A stretch of 64,000 nucleotides of DNA from the human T2T-CHM13v2.0 reference genome, Homo sapiens: NCBI RefSeq assembly GCF_009914755.1, contig NC_060940.1. One strand, 5' to 3'. Made by a program: the position numbers and the translations under genes. The notes beneath the pieces are model-generated. The model ran no database searches. It was not told the origin of the DNA and saw only the letters and a list, made by a program, of their open reading frames with translations. This document shows, one piece after another, positions 15,401-30,801 of the stretch (its first letter is position 1; every line of letters begins with the position of its first letter).

Positions 15401-18400
15401 CATTTGATTCCATTCGATGATGATTCCATTCGAGTCCATTCGATGATTTCATTCGAGTACATCCAATGATTCCATTCGTGTCCATTTGATGATTCCATTT
15501 GTTTCCATTTGATTATGATTCTACTAGAGTCCATTCAATGACTCCATTCGAGTGCATTCAACAATTCCATTCGACTCCATTCGATGATTGCATTCGATTC
15601 CATTTGATGATTCCATTCGAGTCCATTTAATCATTACAGTCGAGTCCATTTGGTGATTCCACTGGATTTCTTTTGATAATGATACCATTCCATTACATTT
15701 GATGATGATCCCATTCAATTTCATTTGATGATGATTCCCTTAGAGTCCATTCGATGATTTCATTCGAGTCCTTTCATTGATTCCATCCGATTTCATTTGA
15801 TGATGACTCCATTCGAGTCCATTCGATGATTCCACTCGATTTCATTAGATGATTCCATTGGAGTCCATTTCATTGTTCCATTCGATTCCATTCGATTCCT
15901 TTCGAAGATTATTCCATTTGAGTCCATTCGATGATGATTACATTCCATTCCATTCGATGATTCCATTTGATTCCATTTGATGATTCCCTTCGATTCCTTT
16001 CTTTGATGACTGCATTCCATTCCATTCAATGTTTCCATTCGAATCTATTCCATGATGATTCCTTTCGATTCCATTCGCTGATGTTTCCGTTCAATTCCAT
16101 TCGATGATGATTCCATTCGATTCCATTCATTGAGGATTCCATTTGATTCCATTCAATGATGATTCCGTTCTATTCCATTCAATGATTGCATTCAATTCCA
16201 TTCAATGATTATCCCATTAGAGTAAACTCAACGATTCCATTCAATACCATTCGATGATGATTCCTTTTGAGTTCATTCAATGATTTCATTCAAGTCCATT
16301 TGATGATTCCTTTCAATTCCATTCTATGATGATTCCATTCGAGTCCATTCGATGATTCCATTCGATTGCATTCCATGATTCCATTATATTCCATTCAACG
16401 GTGATTCCATTCGAGTCCATTCGATGATTCCATTAGAGTACATTTAATGATTGCTTTGTTTTCAATTCGAAGATGATTACATTCGATTCCATTCTATGAT
16501 ACCATTCGATTCCATTCAATGATGATTCCACTCAAATCCATTGGATGATTCCATTCGTGTCCATTCGGTGATTTCATTAGATTCCATTCGAGGATGATTC
16601 CTTTCGATTCCATTCGATGATTCCATTCAATTCCATTCGATGATGATTCCATTAGAGTCCATATGATCATTCCATTTGATTTCATTCGATGATGATTCCA
16701 TTCGATTCCATTCGATGATTCCATTCTATTCCTTTCGATGATGATTCCATTCGAGTCCATTCGATGATTCCATTCGAGTCCATTTAATGATTCCATTGGG
16801 TTCAATTCGATGATGATTACATTGGATTCCGTTCTATGATTCCATTCAATTCCGTTCATTGACAATTTGATTCCATTCGATGATGATTCCATTTGAGTTC
16901 ATTCGATGATTCTATTCGATTCTCTTCGATGGTGATTCAATTATATTATATTGGATGATGCCATTCGATTCCATTTGATGTTGATTCAATTCGATTCTAT
17001 TTGATGATGATTCCATTGGATTTCACTTGATGATTCTATTCGATTCCATTCAATGATGATTCACTTCTCGTCCATTGGATGGTTCCATTTCATTCCATTC
17101 GATGATGATTCCATTCGATTCCATTCGATGATTCCATTTGATTCCATTCGACGGTGACCAATTCGATTCAATTCCATGATGATTCTATTTGATTCAATTA
17201 GATGATGTTTCCATTCGAATCCATTCCATGATTATTCCATTGGAATCCATTCGGCGATGATTCCATATGAGTCAATTCAATGATGATTCCATATGGGTCC
17301 GTTCGATGATAATTCCATTTGATTTCATTCGATGCTTCTATTCAATTCCAGTTGATGATGATTCCGTTGGAGTCCATACGATGATTCCATTTGATTTCAT
17401 TTGATGATGATTCCATTCGATTCCATTCGATGATGATTACATTGGATTCCATTCTATGATTCCATTCAATTCCATTCGTTGATGATTCGATTCCATTCAA
17501 TGATGATTCCATTTGAGTTCATTCGATGATTCTATTCGATTCCGTTCGATGGTGATTCAATTCTCTTATATTGGATGATTCCACTCGATTCCATTTGATG
17601 ATTATTCCATTGGAGTCCACTTAGTGAATCCTTTAGATTCTACTCGAAGATGATTCCATTCGAGTCCATTCGATGGTACCATTCAATTCCATTCGTTGAT
17701 GCTTCCATTCAAGTGCATTCGATGATATCATTCGATTCCATTTGATGATAATTCCATTTGATTCCATGCGATGATTCTATTCGATTCCATTCAATGATAA
17801 TTCCATTCAATTCAGTGATTCCTCTGGACTCCATTTGATGATGATTCCATTCAATGATTCCATTCGATTCTATTCGAAAATGATTCCATTTGAATCCATT
17901 TGATGATGATTCCATTAGATTCCATTTGATGATTCTATTCGATTCCATTCGACGATGATTCCATTCGATTCCATTTGATGATTCCATTATATTCTATTCG
18001 ATGATGATTCCATTCGATTCCATTCGATGATGATTGGATTCGATTCCATTTGATGATTTCATTTGATTCCATTCGATAATGATTTTGATCAATTCCATTC
18101 GATGATTCCATTCGATTCCATTCGATAATGATTACATCCGAGTCCATTCGATGATTCCATTTGAGCCCGTTCGATAATTCCATTTGAGTCCAATCAATGA
18201 TTGCATTCATTTCCATTCAATGATTCCATTCGAGTCCATTTGATCATTCCGGTAGGGTCCGTTCGATATTGATTCCATTGGAGTGCATTCGATGATTCCA
18301 TTCGAGTCCAATTTATGATTTGGTTCGAGTCCTTTCGATGATTCCATTCGATTCCACTCGATGATGATTTCATTCGAGTCCATTCGACACTTCCAATCGA

Positions 18401-18557
18401 TTCCATTTGATGTTTCCTTTCGAGTCCAATTGATGATTCCATTCAATTCCATTCGATGATGATTCCGTACGATTCCACTCTGTGATGATTCCAAGTGATT
18501 GCATTCAATGATGATTCCTTTCGATTGCATTCGATTATGATTCATTTCGTGTTCATT
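12436..18557 (+). repeat. HOR unit U3, 6122 bp (mosaic head, A-type body)
   Basis: Landmark spacing; extra TTCCATTCGA at ~17411-17430; GAATTC at 14215; GGTACC at 17675. Confidence 0.93.
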
Positions 18558-21500
18558 CTATGGTTCCACAGGTTTCCATTCGTGTCCATTCCATTATTCC
18601 ATTCTATTCCATTTGATGATGATTCCATTCGATTCCATTCATTGGTGATTCCACTCAATTCCATTCAATGATTCCATTCCATTTCTTTCAACAATGATTC
18701 CATTAGTTTCTAATCGATGATCCACTTGATTCCATTTGACGACGATTCCATTCTTGTCCATTCGATGATTCCATTTGATTCCATATGATGATGATTCCAT
18801 TCGATTCCATACCATGATGATTCCATTCGAGTCCATTCAATGGTGATTCCATTCAATTCCATTCGATGATTCCTTTCGATTCCATTCAATGATGATGGCA
18901 TTCGATTCCTTTCAATCATTCCCTTTGATTCCATTGAAAGGTGATTTCATTCAAGTCCATTCGATAATTGCATTCGATTCCATTCTATGATGATTCCATT
19001 CGAGTCCATTTGATGATTCCATTCAATTCAAGTCAATGATGATTCCATTCAATTCCATTCGACGATTCCATTGGATTCCATTCGATGATGATTCCATTCA
19101 AATCCATTCGATAATTCAATTCAAGTCCATTCGATGATGATTCCAATCGAATCCATTCAAAGATTCCATTCTGTTCCATTCGATGATTCCCTTAGATTCC
19201 ATTCGATGATTCCACTTGATTGCATTTACGATGATTCCATTCGATTCCATGTGATGATTCCATTCAATTCTATTCAATGATGTCTCCATTTGATTCCATT
19301 CGACCATGATTGCCTTTGATTCCATTCAATGATTCCATTCGGTTCCGTTTGATGATGATTCCGTTCGATTCCATTTGATGATTCCATTTGATTCCATTGG
19401 ATGAGTCCATTCGATTACACTCGATGATTATTCCATTCGAGTGCATTAGATGATTCCATTCGAGTCCATTCGATGATTCCATTCGATTCCATTCGATGTT
19501 GATTCTGTTCAAATCCATTCGATGATTCCACTCGATTCCATTCGTTGACTCCATTTGATCCCATTCGATGATTTCCTTTGATTCCCTTTGATGATCATTC
19601 CATTTGATTCAATTCGGTGATTTCATTTGATTCCATTCAGTGATGTTTCCATTCGACTCCATTCGATGATGATTCCATTCGACTCCATTCGATTATGATT
19701 TCATTCAATTCCATTCGATAATGATTCCCTTCGAGTCCATTCGATGATTCCATTCGATTCCATTCAACGATGATTTGATTCGTGTCCATTCGATGATTCC
19801 ATTTGATTCCACTTGACGATGATTCCATTCGAGTCCATTTGATGATTCCATTCAATTCCATACTCCGATGATTTCTTTTGAGCCCACTCAATGCTTCCAC
19901 TCGATTCCATATGATGATGACTCCATTCGATGAAATTCGATGATGATTCCATTCGCTTGCTTTCGATGATGATTCCACTTGAGTCCGTTAGAAGATTCTA
20001 TTCAATTACATTCCATGACGATTCCGTTCGAGTCCATTTGATGATTCCATTAGACTCCATTCGACGATGATTCCATTCGATGTTATTCCATGATTCCATT
20101 CGATCTCATTCGATGATGATTCCATTCAACTCCATTCGATGTTTCCATTCGAGTTCATTCTATTATTCCATTAGATTCCATTCGATGATGATTCCATTCG
20201 ATTCCATTTGATGATTGCATTCTATTTCATTTGATGATGATTCCATTCGAGTCCACTCGATGATTCCATTCGAGTCCATTTAATGAATCCATTGGTTTCA
20301 ATTCTATGATGATTACATTGGATTCCATTCGTTGATGAATTCATTCGGCTCCATTCAATGATGATTCCATTCAATTCCTTTCAATGTTTCCATTCAATTC
20401 CATACGATGATGATTCCATTTGATTTGATTCGACAGTGAGCCATTCGATTCAATTCCATGATGATTCTATTTGATTCAATTGGTTGACATTTCCATTCGA
20501 TTCCATTCGATGATGATTCCCTTTGATTCCGTTCAAAGATGATTCCATTCTAGCCCATTCAATCATTCCATTCGATTCTATTCAATGATGATTCCATTCA
20601 TGTCGATTTGGTGATTCCATTTGACTTCATTTGATGATGATTCCTTTCAAGTTCATTAGATGATTCCATTCGATTCCATTTGATGATGATCCCATTCGAG
20701 TCCATTCAGTGATTCCATTCGTTTCCATTCCATGATGATTCCATTCCTTTCCATTCAATGATTCCATTCGATTCCGTTTGATGATGATTTCATTCGAGTC
20801 CATTTGATGATTCCATTTGATTCCATTCGATGATGATTCCATTCGAGTCCATTCGATGATTCTATTCGAATCCATTTGATGATTTCTTTTGATTATATTT
20901 GGTGATGATTCCATTGGAGTCCATTCAATGATTCCATTCGATTCCAATTGATGATGATTCCATTAGAGTCCATTTAATGATTCCATTTGATTCCAGTCTC
21001 TGATGATTACATTCGAGTCCATACGATGATTCCACTCAATTCCATATGATGATGATTCCATTCGATTCCATTCGATGATTCCATTCTATTCTATTCAATG
21101 GTGATTCCATTCGAGTACATTAGATGATTCCATTCGATTCCATTCAATGATGATTCTATTTGTGTCCCTTAGATGATTCCACATGATTCCATTACATGAT
21201 GATACTATTTGAGCCCATCCAATGATTCCCTTCGATTCCATTCGATGAGGATTCCATTCGATTCAATTCATTGGTGATTCTATTCAATTCAATTCTTTGA
21301 TTCCATTCCATTCCATTCGACAATGATTCCATTCGATTTCTTTCGATGATTCCACTCGATTCCACTTGACATTGATTCCATTCGATTCCATTCAATGATT
21401 CCATTTGATTCCAGTGGATGATGATTGCCATCGATTCCATTCGATCACTCCATTCTATTCCATTTGATGATGATTACATTCGATTCCATTTGATGATTCC

Positions 21501-24500
21501 ATCTGATTCTATTCGAGGATTCCATTTGATTCCATTCGATGATGATTCCATTCGAGTCCATTCGATGATTTCATTCGAGTACATCCAATGATTCCATTCG
21601 TGTCCATTTGATGATTCCATTTGTTTCCATTTGATTATGATTCTACTAGAGTCCATTCAATGACTCCATTCGAGTGCATTCAACAATTCCATTCGACTCC
21701 ATTCGATGATTGCATTCGATTCCATTTGATGATTCCATTCGAGTCCATTTAATCATTACAGTCGAGTCCATTTGGTGATTCCACTGGATTTCTTTTGATA
21801 ATGATACCATTCCATTACATTTGATGATGATCCCATTCAATTTCATTTGATGATGATTCCCTTAGAGTCCATTCGATGATTTCATTCGAGTCCTTTCATT
21901 GATTCCATCCGATTTCATTTGATGATGACTCCATTCGAGTCCATTCGATGATTCCACTCGATTCCATTAGATGATTCCATTGGAGTCCATTTCATTGTTC
22001 CATTCGATTCCATTCGATTCCTTTCGAAGATTATTCCATTTGAGTCCATTCGATGATGATTACATTCCATTCCATTCGATGATTCCATTTGATTCCATTT
22101 GATGATTCCCTTCGATTCCTTTCTTTGATGACTGCATTCCATTCCATTCAATGTTTCCATTCGAATCTATTCCATGATGATTCCTTTCGATTCCATTCGC
22201 TGATGTTTCCGTTCAATTCCATTCGATGATGATTCCATTCGATTCCATTCATTGAGGATTCCATTTGATTCCATTCTATGATGATTCCGTTCTATTCCAT
22301 TCAATGATTGCATTCAATTCCATTCAATGATTATCCCATTAGAGTAAACTCAACGATTCCATTCAATACCATTCGATGATGATTCCTTTTGAGTTCATTC
22401 AATGATTTCATTCAAGTCCATTTGATGATTCCTTTCAATTCCATTCTATGATGATTCCATTCGAGTCCATTCGATGATTCCATTCGATTGCATTCCATGA
22501 TTCCATTATATTCCATTCAACGGTGATTCCATTCGAGTCCATTCGATGATTCCATTAGAGTACATTTAATGATTGCTTTGTTTTCAATTCGAAGATGATT
22601 ACATTCGATTCCATTCTATGATACCATTCGATTCCATTCAATGATGATTCCACTCAAATCCATTGGATGATTCCATTCGTGTCCATTCGGTGATTTCATT
22701 AGATTCCATTCGAGGATGATTCCTTTCGATTCCATTCGATGATTCCATTCAATTCCATTCGATGATGATTCCATTCGAGTCCATATGATCATTCCATTTG
22801 ATTTCATTCGATGATGATTCCATTCGATTCCATTCGATGATTCCATTCTATTCCTTTCGATGATGATTCCATTCGAGTCCATTCGATGATTCCATTCGAG
22901 TCCATTTAATGATTCCATTGGGTTCAATTCGATGATGATTACATTGGATTCCGTTCTATGATTCCATTCAATTCCGTTCATTGACAATTTGATTCCATTC
23001 GATGATGATTCCATTTGAGTTCATTCGATGATTCTATTCGATTCTCTTCGATGGTGATTCAATTATATTATATTGGATGATGCCATTCGATTCCATTTGA
23101 TGTTGATTCAATTCGATTCTATTCGATGATGATTCCATTGGATTTCACTTGATGATTCTATTCGATTCCATTCAATGATGATTCACTTCTCGTCCATTGG
23201 ATGGTTCCATTTCATTCCATTCGATGATGATTCCATTCGATTCCATTCGATGATTCCATTTGATTCCATTCGACGGTGACCAATTCGATTCAATTCCATG
23301 ATGATTCTATTTGATTCAATTAGATGATGTTTCCATTCGAATCCATTCCATGATTATTCCATTGGAATCCATTCGGCGATGATTCCATATGAGTCAATTC
23401 AATGATGATTCCATATGGGTCCGTTCGATGATAATTCCATTTGATTTCATTCGATGCTTCTATTCAATTCCAGTTGATGATGATTCCGTTGGAGTCCATA
23501 CGATGATTCCATTTGATTTCATTTGATGATGATTCCATTCGATTCCATTCGATGATGATTACATTGGATTCCATTCTATGATTCCATTCAATTCCATTCG
23601 TTGATGATTCGATTCCATTCAATGATGATTCCATTTGAGTTCATTCGATGATTCTATTCGATTCCGTTCGATGGTGATTCAATTCTCTTATATTGGATGA
23701 TTCCACTCGATTCCATTTGATGATTATTCCATTGGAGTCCACTTAGTGAATCCTTTAGATTCTACTCGAAGATGATTCCATTCGAGTCCATTCGATGGTA
23801 CCATTCAATTCCATTCGTTGATGCTTCCATTCAAGTGCATTCGATGATATCATTCGATTCCATTTGATGATAATTCCATTTGATTCCATGCGATGATTCT
23901 ATTCGATTCCATTCAATGATAATTCCATTCAATTCAGTGATTCCTCTGGACTCCATTTGATGATGATTCCATTCAATGATTCCATTCGATTCTATTCGAA
24001 AATGATTCCATTTGAATCCATTTGATGATGATTCCATTAGATTCCATTTGATGATTCTATTCGATTCCATTCGACGATGATTCCATTCGATTCCATTTGA
24101 TGATTCCATTCTATTCTATTCGATGATGATTCCATTCGATTCCATTCGATGATGATTGGATTCGATTCCATTTGATGATTTCATTTGATTCCATTCGATA
24201 ATGATTTTGATCAATTCCATTCGATGATTCCATTCGATTCCATTCGATAATGATTACATCCGAGTCCATTCGATGATTCCATTTGAGCCCGTTCGATAAT
24301 TCCATTTGAGTCCAATCAATGATTGCATTCATTTCCATTCAATGATTCCATTCGAGTCCATTTGATCATTCCGGTAGGGTCCGTTCGATGTTGATTCCAT
24401 TGGAGTGCATTCGATGATTCCATTCGAGTCCAATTTATGATTTGGTTCGAGTCCTTTCGATGATTCCATTCGATTCCACTCGATGATGATTTCATTCGAG

Positions 24501-24679
24501 TCCATTCGACACTTCCAATCGATTCCATTTGATGTTTCCTTTCGAGTCCAATTGATGATTCCATTCAATTCCATTCGATGATGATTCCGTACGATTCCAC
24601 TCTGTGATGATTCCAAGTGATTGCATTCAATGATGATTCCTTTCGATTGCATTCGATTATGATTCATTTCGTGTTCATT
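18558..24679 (+). repeat. HOR unit U4, 6122 bp (A-type)
   Basis: Landmark spacing; GAATTC at 20337; GGTACC at 23797; ttgaaaggtg variant. Confidence 0.94.
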
Positions 24680-27600
24680 CTATGGTTCCACAGGTTTCCA
24701 TTCGTGTCCATTCCATTATTCCATTCTATTCCATTTGATGATGATTCCATTCGATTCCATTCATTGGTGATTCCACTCAATTCCATTCAATGATTCCATT
24801 CCATTTCTTTCAACAATGATTCCATTAGTTTCTAATCGATGATCCACTTGATTCCATTTGACGACGATTCCATTCTTGTCAATTCGATGATTCCATTTGA
24901 TTCCATATGATGATGATTCCATTCGATTCCATACCATGATGATTCCATTCGAGTCCATTCAATGGTGATTCCATTCAATTCCATTCGATGATTCCTTTCG
25001 ATTCCATTCGATGATGATGGCATTCGATTCCTTTCAATCATTCCCTTTGATTCCATTGAAAGGTGATTTCATTCAAGTCCATTCGATAATTGCATTCGAT
25101 TCCATTCTATGATGATTCCATTCGAGTCCATTTGATGATTCCATTCAATTCAAGTCAATGATGATTCCATTCAATTCCATTCGACGATTCCATTGGATTC
25201 CATTCGATGATGATTCCATTCAAATCCATTCGATAATTCAATTCAAGTCCATTCGATGATGATTCCAATCGAATCCATTCAAAGATTCCATTCTGTTCCA
25301 TTCGATGATTCCCTTAGATTCCATTCGATGATTCCACTTGATTGCATTTACGATGATTCCATTCGATTCCATGTGATGATTCCATTCAATTCTATTCAAT
25401 GATGTCTCCATTTGATTCCATTCCACCATGATTGCCTTTGATTCCATTCAATGATTCCATTCGGTTCCGTTTGATGATGATTCCGTTCGATTCCATTTGA
25501 TGATTCCATTTGATTCCATTGGATGAGTCCATTCGATTACACTCGATGATTATTCCATTCGAGTGCATTAGATGATTCCATTCGAGTCCATTCGATGATT
25601 CCATTCGATTCCATTCGATGTTGATTCTGTTCAAATCCATTCGATGATTCCACTCGATTCCATTCGTTGACTCCATTTGATCCCATTCGATGATTTCCTT
25701 TGATTCCCTTTGATGATCATTCCATTTGATTCAATTCGGTGATTTCATTTGATTCCATTCAGTGATGTTTCCATTCGACTCCATTCGATGATGATTCCAT
25801 TCGACTCCATTCGATTATGATTTCATTCAATTCCATTCGATAATGATTCCCTTCGAGTCCATTCGATGATTCCATTCGATTCCATTCAACGATGATTTGA
25901 TTCGTGTCCATTCGATGATTCCATTTGATTCCACTTGACGATGATTCCATTCGAGTCCATTTGATGATTCCATTCAATTCCATACTCCGATGATTTCTTT
26001 TGAGCCCACTCAATGCTTCCACTCGATTCCATATGATGATGACTCCATTCGATGAAATTCGATGATGATTCCATTCGCTTGCTTTCGATGATGATTCCAC
26101 TTGAGTCCGTTAGAAGATTCTATTCAATTACATTCCATGACGATTCCGTTCGAGTCCATTTGATGATTCCATTAGACTCCATTCGACGATGATTCCATTC
26201 GATGTTATTCCATGATTCCATTCGATCTCATTCGATGATGATTCCATTCAACTCCATTCGATGTTTCCATTCGAGTTCATTCTATTATTCCATTAGATTC
26301 CATTCGATGATGATTCCATTCGATTCCATTTGATGATTGCATTCTATTTCATTTGATGATGATTCCATTCGAGTCCACTCGATGATTCCATTCGAGTCCA
26401 TTTAATGAATCCATTGGTTTCAATTCTATGATGATTACATTGGATTCCATTCGTTGATGAATTCATTCGGCTCCATTCAATGATGATTCCATTCAATTCC
26501 TTTCAATGTTTCCATTCAATTCCATACGATGATGATTCCATTTGATTTGATTCGACAGTGAGCCATTCGATTCAATTCCATGATGATTCTATTTGATTCA
26601 ATTGGTTGACATTTCCATTCGATTCCATTCGATGATGATTCCCTTTGATTCCGTTCAAAGATGATTCCATTCTAGCCCATTCAATCATTCCATTCGATTC
26701 TATTCAATGATGATTCCATTCATGTCGATTTGGTGATTCCATTTGACTTCATTTGATGATGATTCCTTTCAAGTTCATTAGATGATTCCATTCGATTCCA
26801 TTTGATGATGATCCCATTCGAGTCCATTCAGTGATTCCATTCGTTTCCATTCCATGATGATTCCATTCCTTTCCATTCAATGATTCCATTCGATTCCGTT
26901 TGATGATGATTTCATTCGAGTCCATTTGATGATTCCATTTGATTCCATTCGATGATGATTCCATTCGAGTCCATTCGATGATTCTATTCGAATCCATTTG
27001 ATGATTTCTTTTGATTATATTTGGTGATGATTCCATTGGAGTCCATTCAATGATTCCATTCGATTCCAATTGATGATGATTCCATTAGAGTCCATTTAAT
27101 GATTCCATTTGATTCCAGTCTCTGATGATTACATTCGAGTCCATACGATGATTCCACTCAATTCCATATGATGATGATTCCATTCGATTCCATTCGATGA
27201 TTCCATTCTATTCTATTCAATGGTGATTCCATTCGAGTACATTAGATGATTCCATTCGATTCCATTCAATGATGATTCTATTTGTGTCCCTTAGATGATT
27301 CCACATGATTCCATTACATGATGATACTATTTGAGCCCATCCAATGATTCCCTTCGATTCCATTCGATGAGGATTCCATTCGATTCAATTCATTGGTGAT
27401 TCTATTCAATTCAATTCTTTGATTCCATTCCATTCCATTCGACAATGATTCCATTCGATTTCTTTCGATGATTCCACTCGATTCCACTTGACATTGATTC
27501 CATTCGATTCCATTCAATGATTCCATTTGATTCCAGTGGATGATGATTGCCATCGATTCCATTCGATCACTCCATTCTATTCCATTTGATGATGATTACA

Positions 27601-30600
27601 TTCGATTCCATTTGATGATTCCATCTGATTCTATTCGAGGATTCCATTTGATTCCATTCGATGATGATTCCATTCGAGTCCATTCGATGATTTCATTCGA
27701 GTACATCCAATGATTCCATTCGTGTCCATTTGATGATTCCATTTGTTTCCATTTGATTATGATTATACTAGAGTCCATTCAATGACTCCATTCGAGTGCA
27801 TTCAACAATTCCATTCGACTCCATTCGATGATTGCATTCGATTCCATTTGATGATTCCATTCGAGTCCATTTAATCATTACAGTCGAGTCCATTTGGTGA
27901 TTCCACTGGATTTCTTTTGATAATGATACCATTCCATTACATTTGATGATGATCCCATTCAATTTCATTTGATGATGATTCCCTTAGAGTCCATTCGATG
28001 ATTTCATTCGAGTCCTTTCATTGATTCCATCCGATTTCATTTGATGATGACTCCATTCGAGTCCATTCGATGATTCCACTCGATTCCATTAGATGATTCC
28101 ATTGGAGTCCATTTCATTGTTCCATTCGATTCCATTCGATTCCTTTCGAAGATTATTCCATTTGAGTCCATTCGATGATGATTACATTCCATTCCATTCG
28201 ATGATTCCATTTGATTCCATTTGATGATTCCCTTCGATTCCTTTCTTTGATGACTGCATTCCATTCCATTCAATGTTTCCATTCGAATCTATTCCATGAT
28301 GATTCCTTTCGATTCCATTCGCTGATGTTTCCGTTCAATTCCATTCGATGATGATTCCATTCGATTCCATTCATTGAGGATTCCATTTGATTCCATTCTA
28401 TGATGATTCCGTTCTATTCCATTCAATGATTGCATTCAATTCCATTCAATGATTATCCCATTAGAGTAAACTCAACGATTCCATTCAATACCATTCGATG
28501 ATGATTCCTTTTGAGTTCATTCAATGATTTCATTCAAGTCCATTTGATGATTCCTTTCAATTCCATTCTATGATGATTCCATTCGAGTCCATTCGATGAT
28601 TCCATTCGATTGCATTCCATGATTCCATTATATTCCATTCAACGGTGATTCCATTCGAGTCCATTCGATGATTCCATTAGAGTACATTTAATGATTGCTT
28701 TGTTTTCAATTCGAAGATGATTACATTCGATTCCATTCTATGATACCATTCGATTCCATTCAATGATGATTCCACTCAAATCCATTGGATGATTCCATTC
28801 GTGTCCATTCGGTGATTTCATTAGATTCCATTCGAGGATGATTCCTTTCGATTCCATTCGATGATTCCATTCAATTCCATTCGATGATGATTCCATTCGA
28901 GTCCATATGATCATTCCATTTGATTTCATTCGATGATGATTCCATTCGATTCCATTCGATGATTCCATTCTATTCCTTTCGATGATGATTCCATTCGAGT
29001 CCATTCGATGATTCCATTCGAGTCCATTTAATGATTCCATTGGGTTCAATTCGATGATGATTACATTGGATTCCGTTCTATGATTCCATTCAATTCCGTT
29101 CATTGACAATTTGATTCCATTCGATGATGATTCCATTTGAGTTCATTCGATGATTCTATTCGATTCTCTTCGATGGTGATTCAATTATATTATATTGGAT
29201 GATGCCATTCGATTCCATTTGATGTTGATTCAATTCGATTCTATTCGATGATGATTCCATTGGATTTCACTTGATGATTCTATTCGATTCCATTCAATGA
29301 TGATTCACTTCTCGTCCATTGGATGGTTCCATTTCATTCCATTCGATGATGATTCCATTCGATTCCATTCGATGATTCCATTTGATTCCATTCGACGGTG
29401 ACCAATTCGATTCAATTCCATGATGATTCTATTTGATTCAATTAGATGATGTTTCCATTCGAATCCATTCCATGATTATTCCATTGGAATCCATTCGGCG
29501 ATGATTCCATATGAGTCAATTCAATGATGATTCCATATGGGTCCGTTCGATGATAATTCCATTTGATTTCATTCGATGCTTCTATTCAATTCCAGTTGAT
29601 GATGATTCCGTTGGAGTCCATACGATGATTCCATTTGATTTCATTTGATGATGATTCCATTCGATTCCATTCGATGATGATTACATTGGATTCCATTCTA
29701 TGATTCCATTCAATTCCATTCGTTGATGATTCGATTCCATTCAATGATGATTCCATTTGAGTTCATTCGATGATTCTATTCGATTCCGTTCGATGGTGAT
29801 TCAATTCTCTTATATTGGATGATTCCACTCGATTCCATTTGATGATTATTCCATTGGAGTCCACTTAGTGAATCCTTTAGATTCTACTCGAAGATGATTC
29901 CATTCGAGTCCATTCGATGGTACCATTCAATTCCATTCGTTGATGCTTCCATTCAAGTGCATTCGATGATATCATTCGATTCCATTTGATGATAATTCCA
30001 TTTGATTCCATGCGATGATTCTATTCGATTCCATTCAATGATAATTCCATTCAATTCAGTGATTCCTCTGGACTCCATTTGATGATGATTCCATTCAATG
30101 ATTCCATTCGATTCTATTCGAAAATGATTCCATTTGAATCCATTTGATGATGATTCCATTAGATTCCATTTGATGATTCTATTCGATTCCATTCGACGAT
30201 GATTCCATTCGATTCCATTTGATGATTCCATTCTATTCTATTCGATGATGATTCCATTCGATTCCATTCGATGATGATTGGATTCGATTCCATTTGATGA
30301 TTTCATTTGATTCCATTCGATAATGATTTTGATCAATTCCATTCGATGATTCCATTCGATTCCATTCGATAATGATTACATCCGAGTCCATTCGATGATT
30401 CCATTTGAGCCCGTTCGATAATTCCATTTGAGTCCAATCAATGATTGCATTCATTTCCATTCAATGATTCCATTCGAGTCCATTTGATCATTCCGGTAGG
30501 GTCCGTTCGATGTTGATTCCATTGGAGTGCATTCGATGATTCCATTCGAGTCCAATTTATGATTTGGTTCGAGTCCTTTCGATGATTCCATTCGATTCCA

Positions 30601-30801
30601 CTCGATGATGATTTCATTCGAGTCCATTCGACACTTCCAATCGATTCCATTTGATGTTTCCTTTCGAGTCCAATTGATGATTCCATTCAATTCCATTCGA
30701 TGATGATTCCGTACGATTCCACTCTGTGATGATTCCAAGTGATTGCATTCAATGATGATTCCTTTCGATTGCATTCGATTATGATTCATTTCGTGTTCAT
30801 T
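24680..30801 (+). repeat. HOR unit U5, 6122 bp (A-type, nearly identical to U4)
   Basis: Landmark spacing; GAATTC at 26459; GGTACC at 29919; only a few private substitutions seen (~24881, ~25424, ~27765). Confidence 0.94.
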
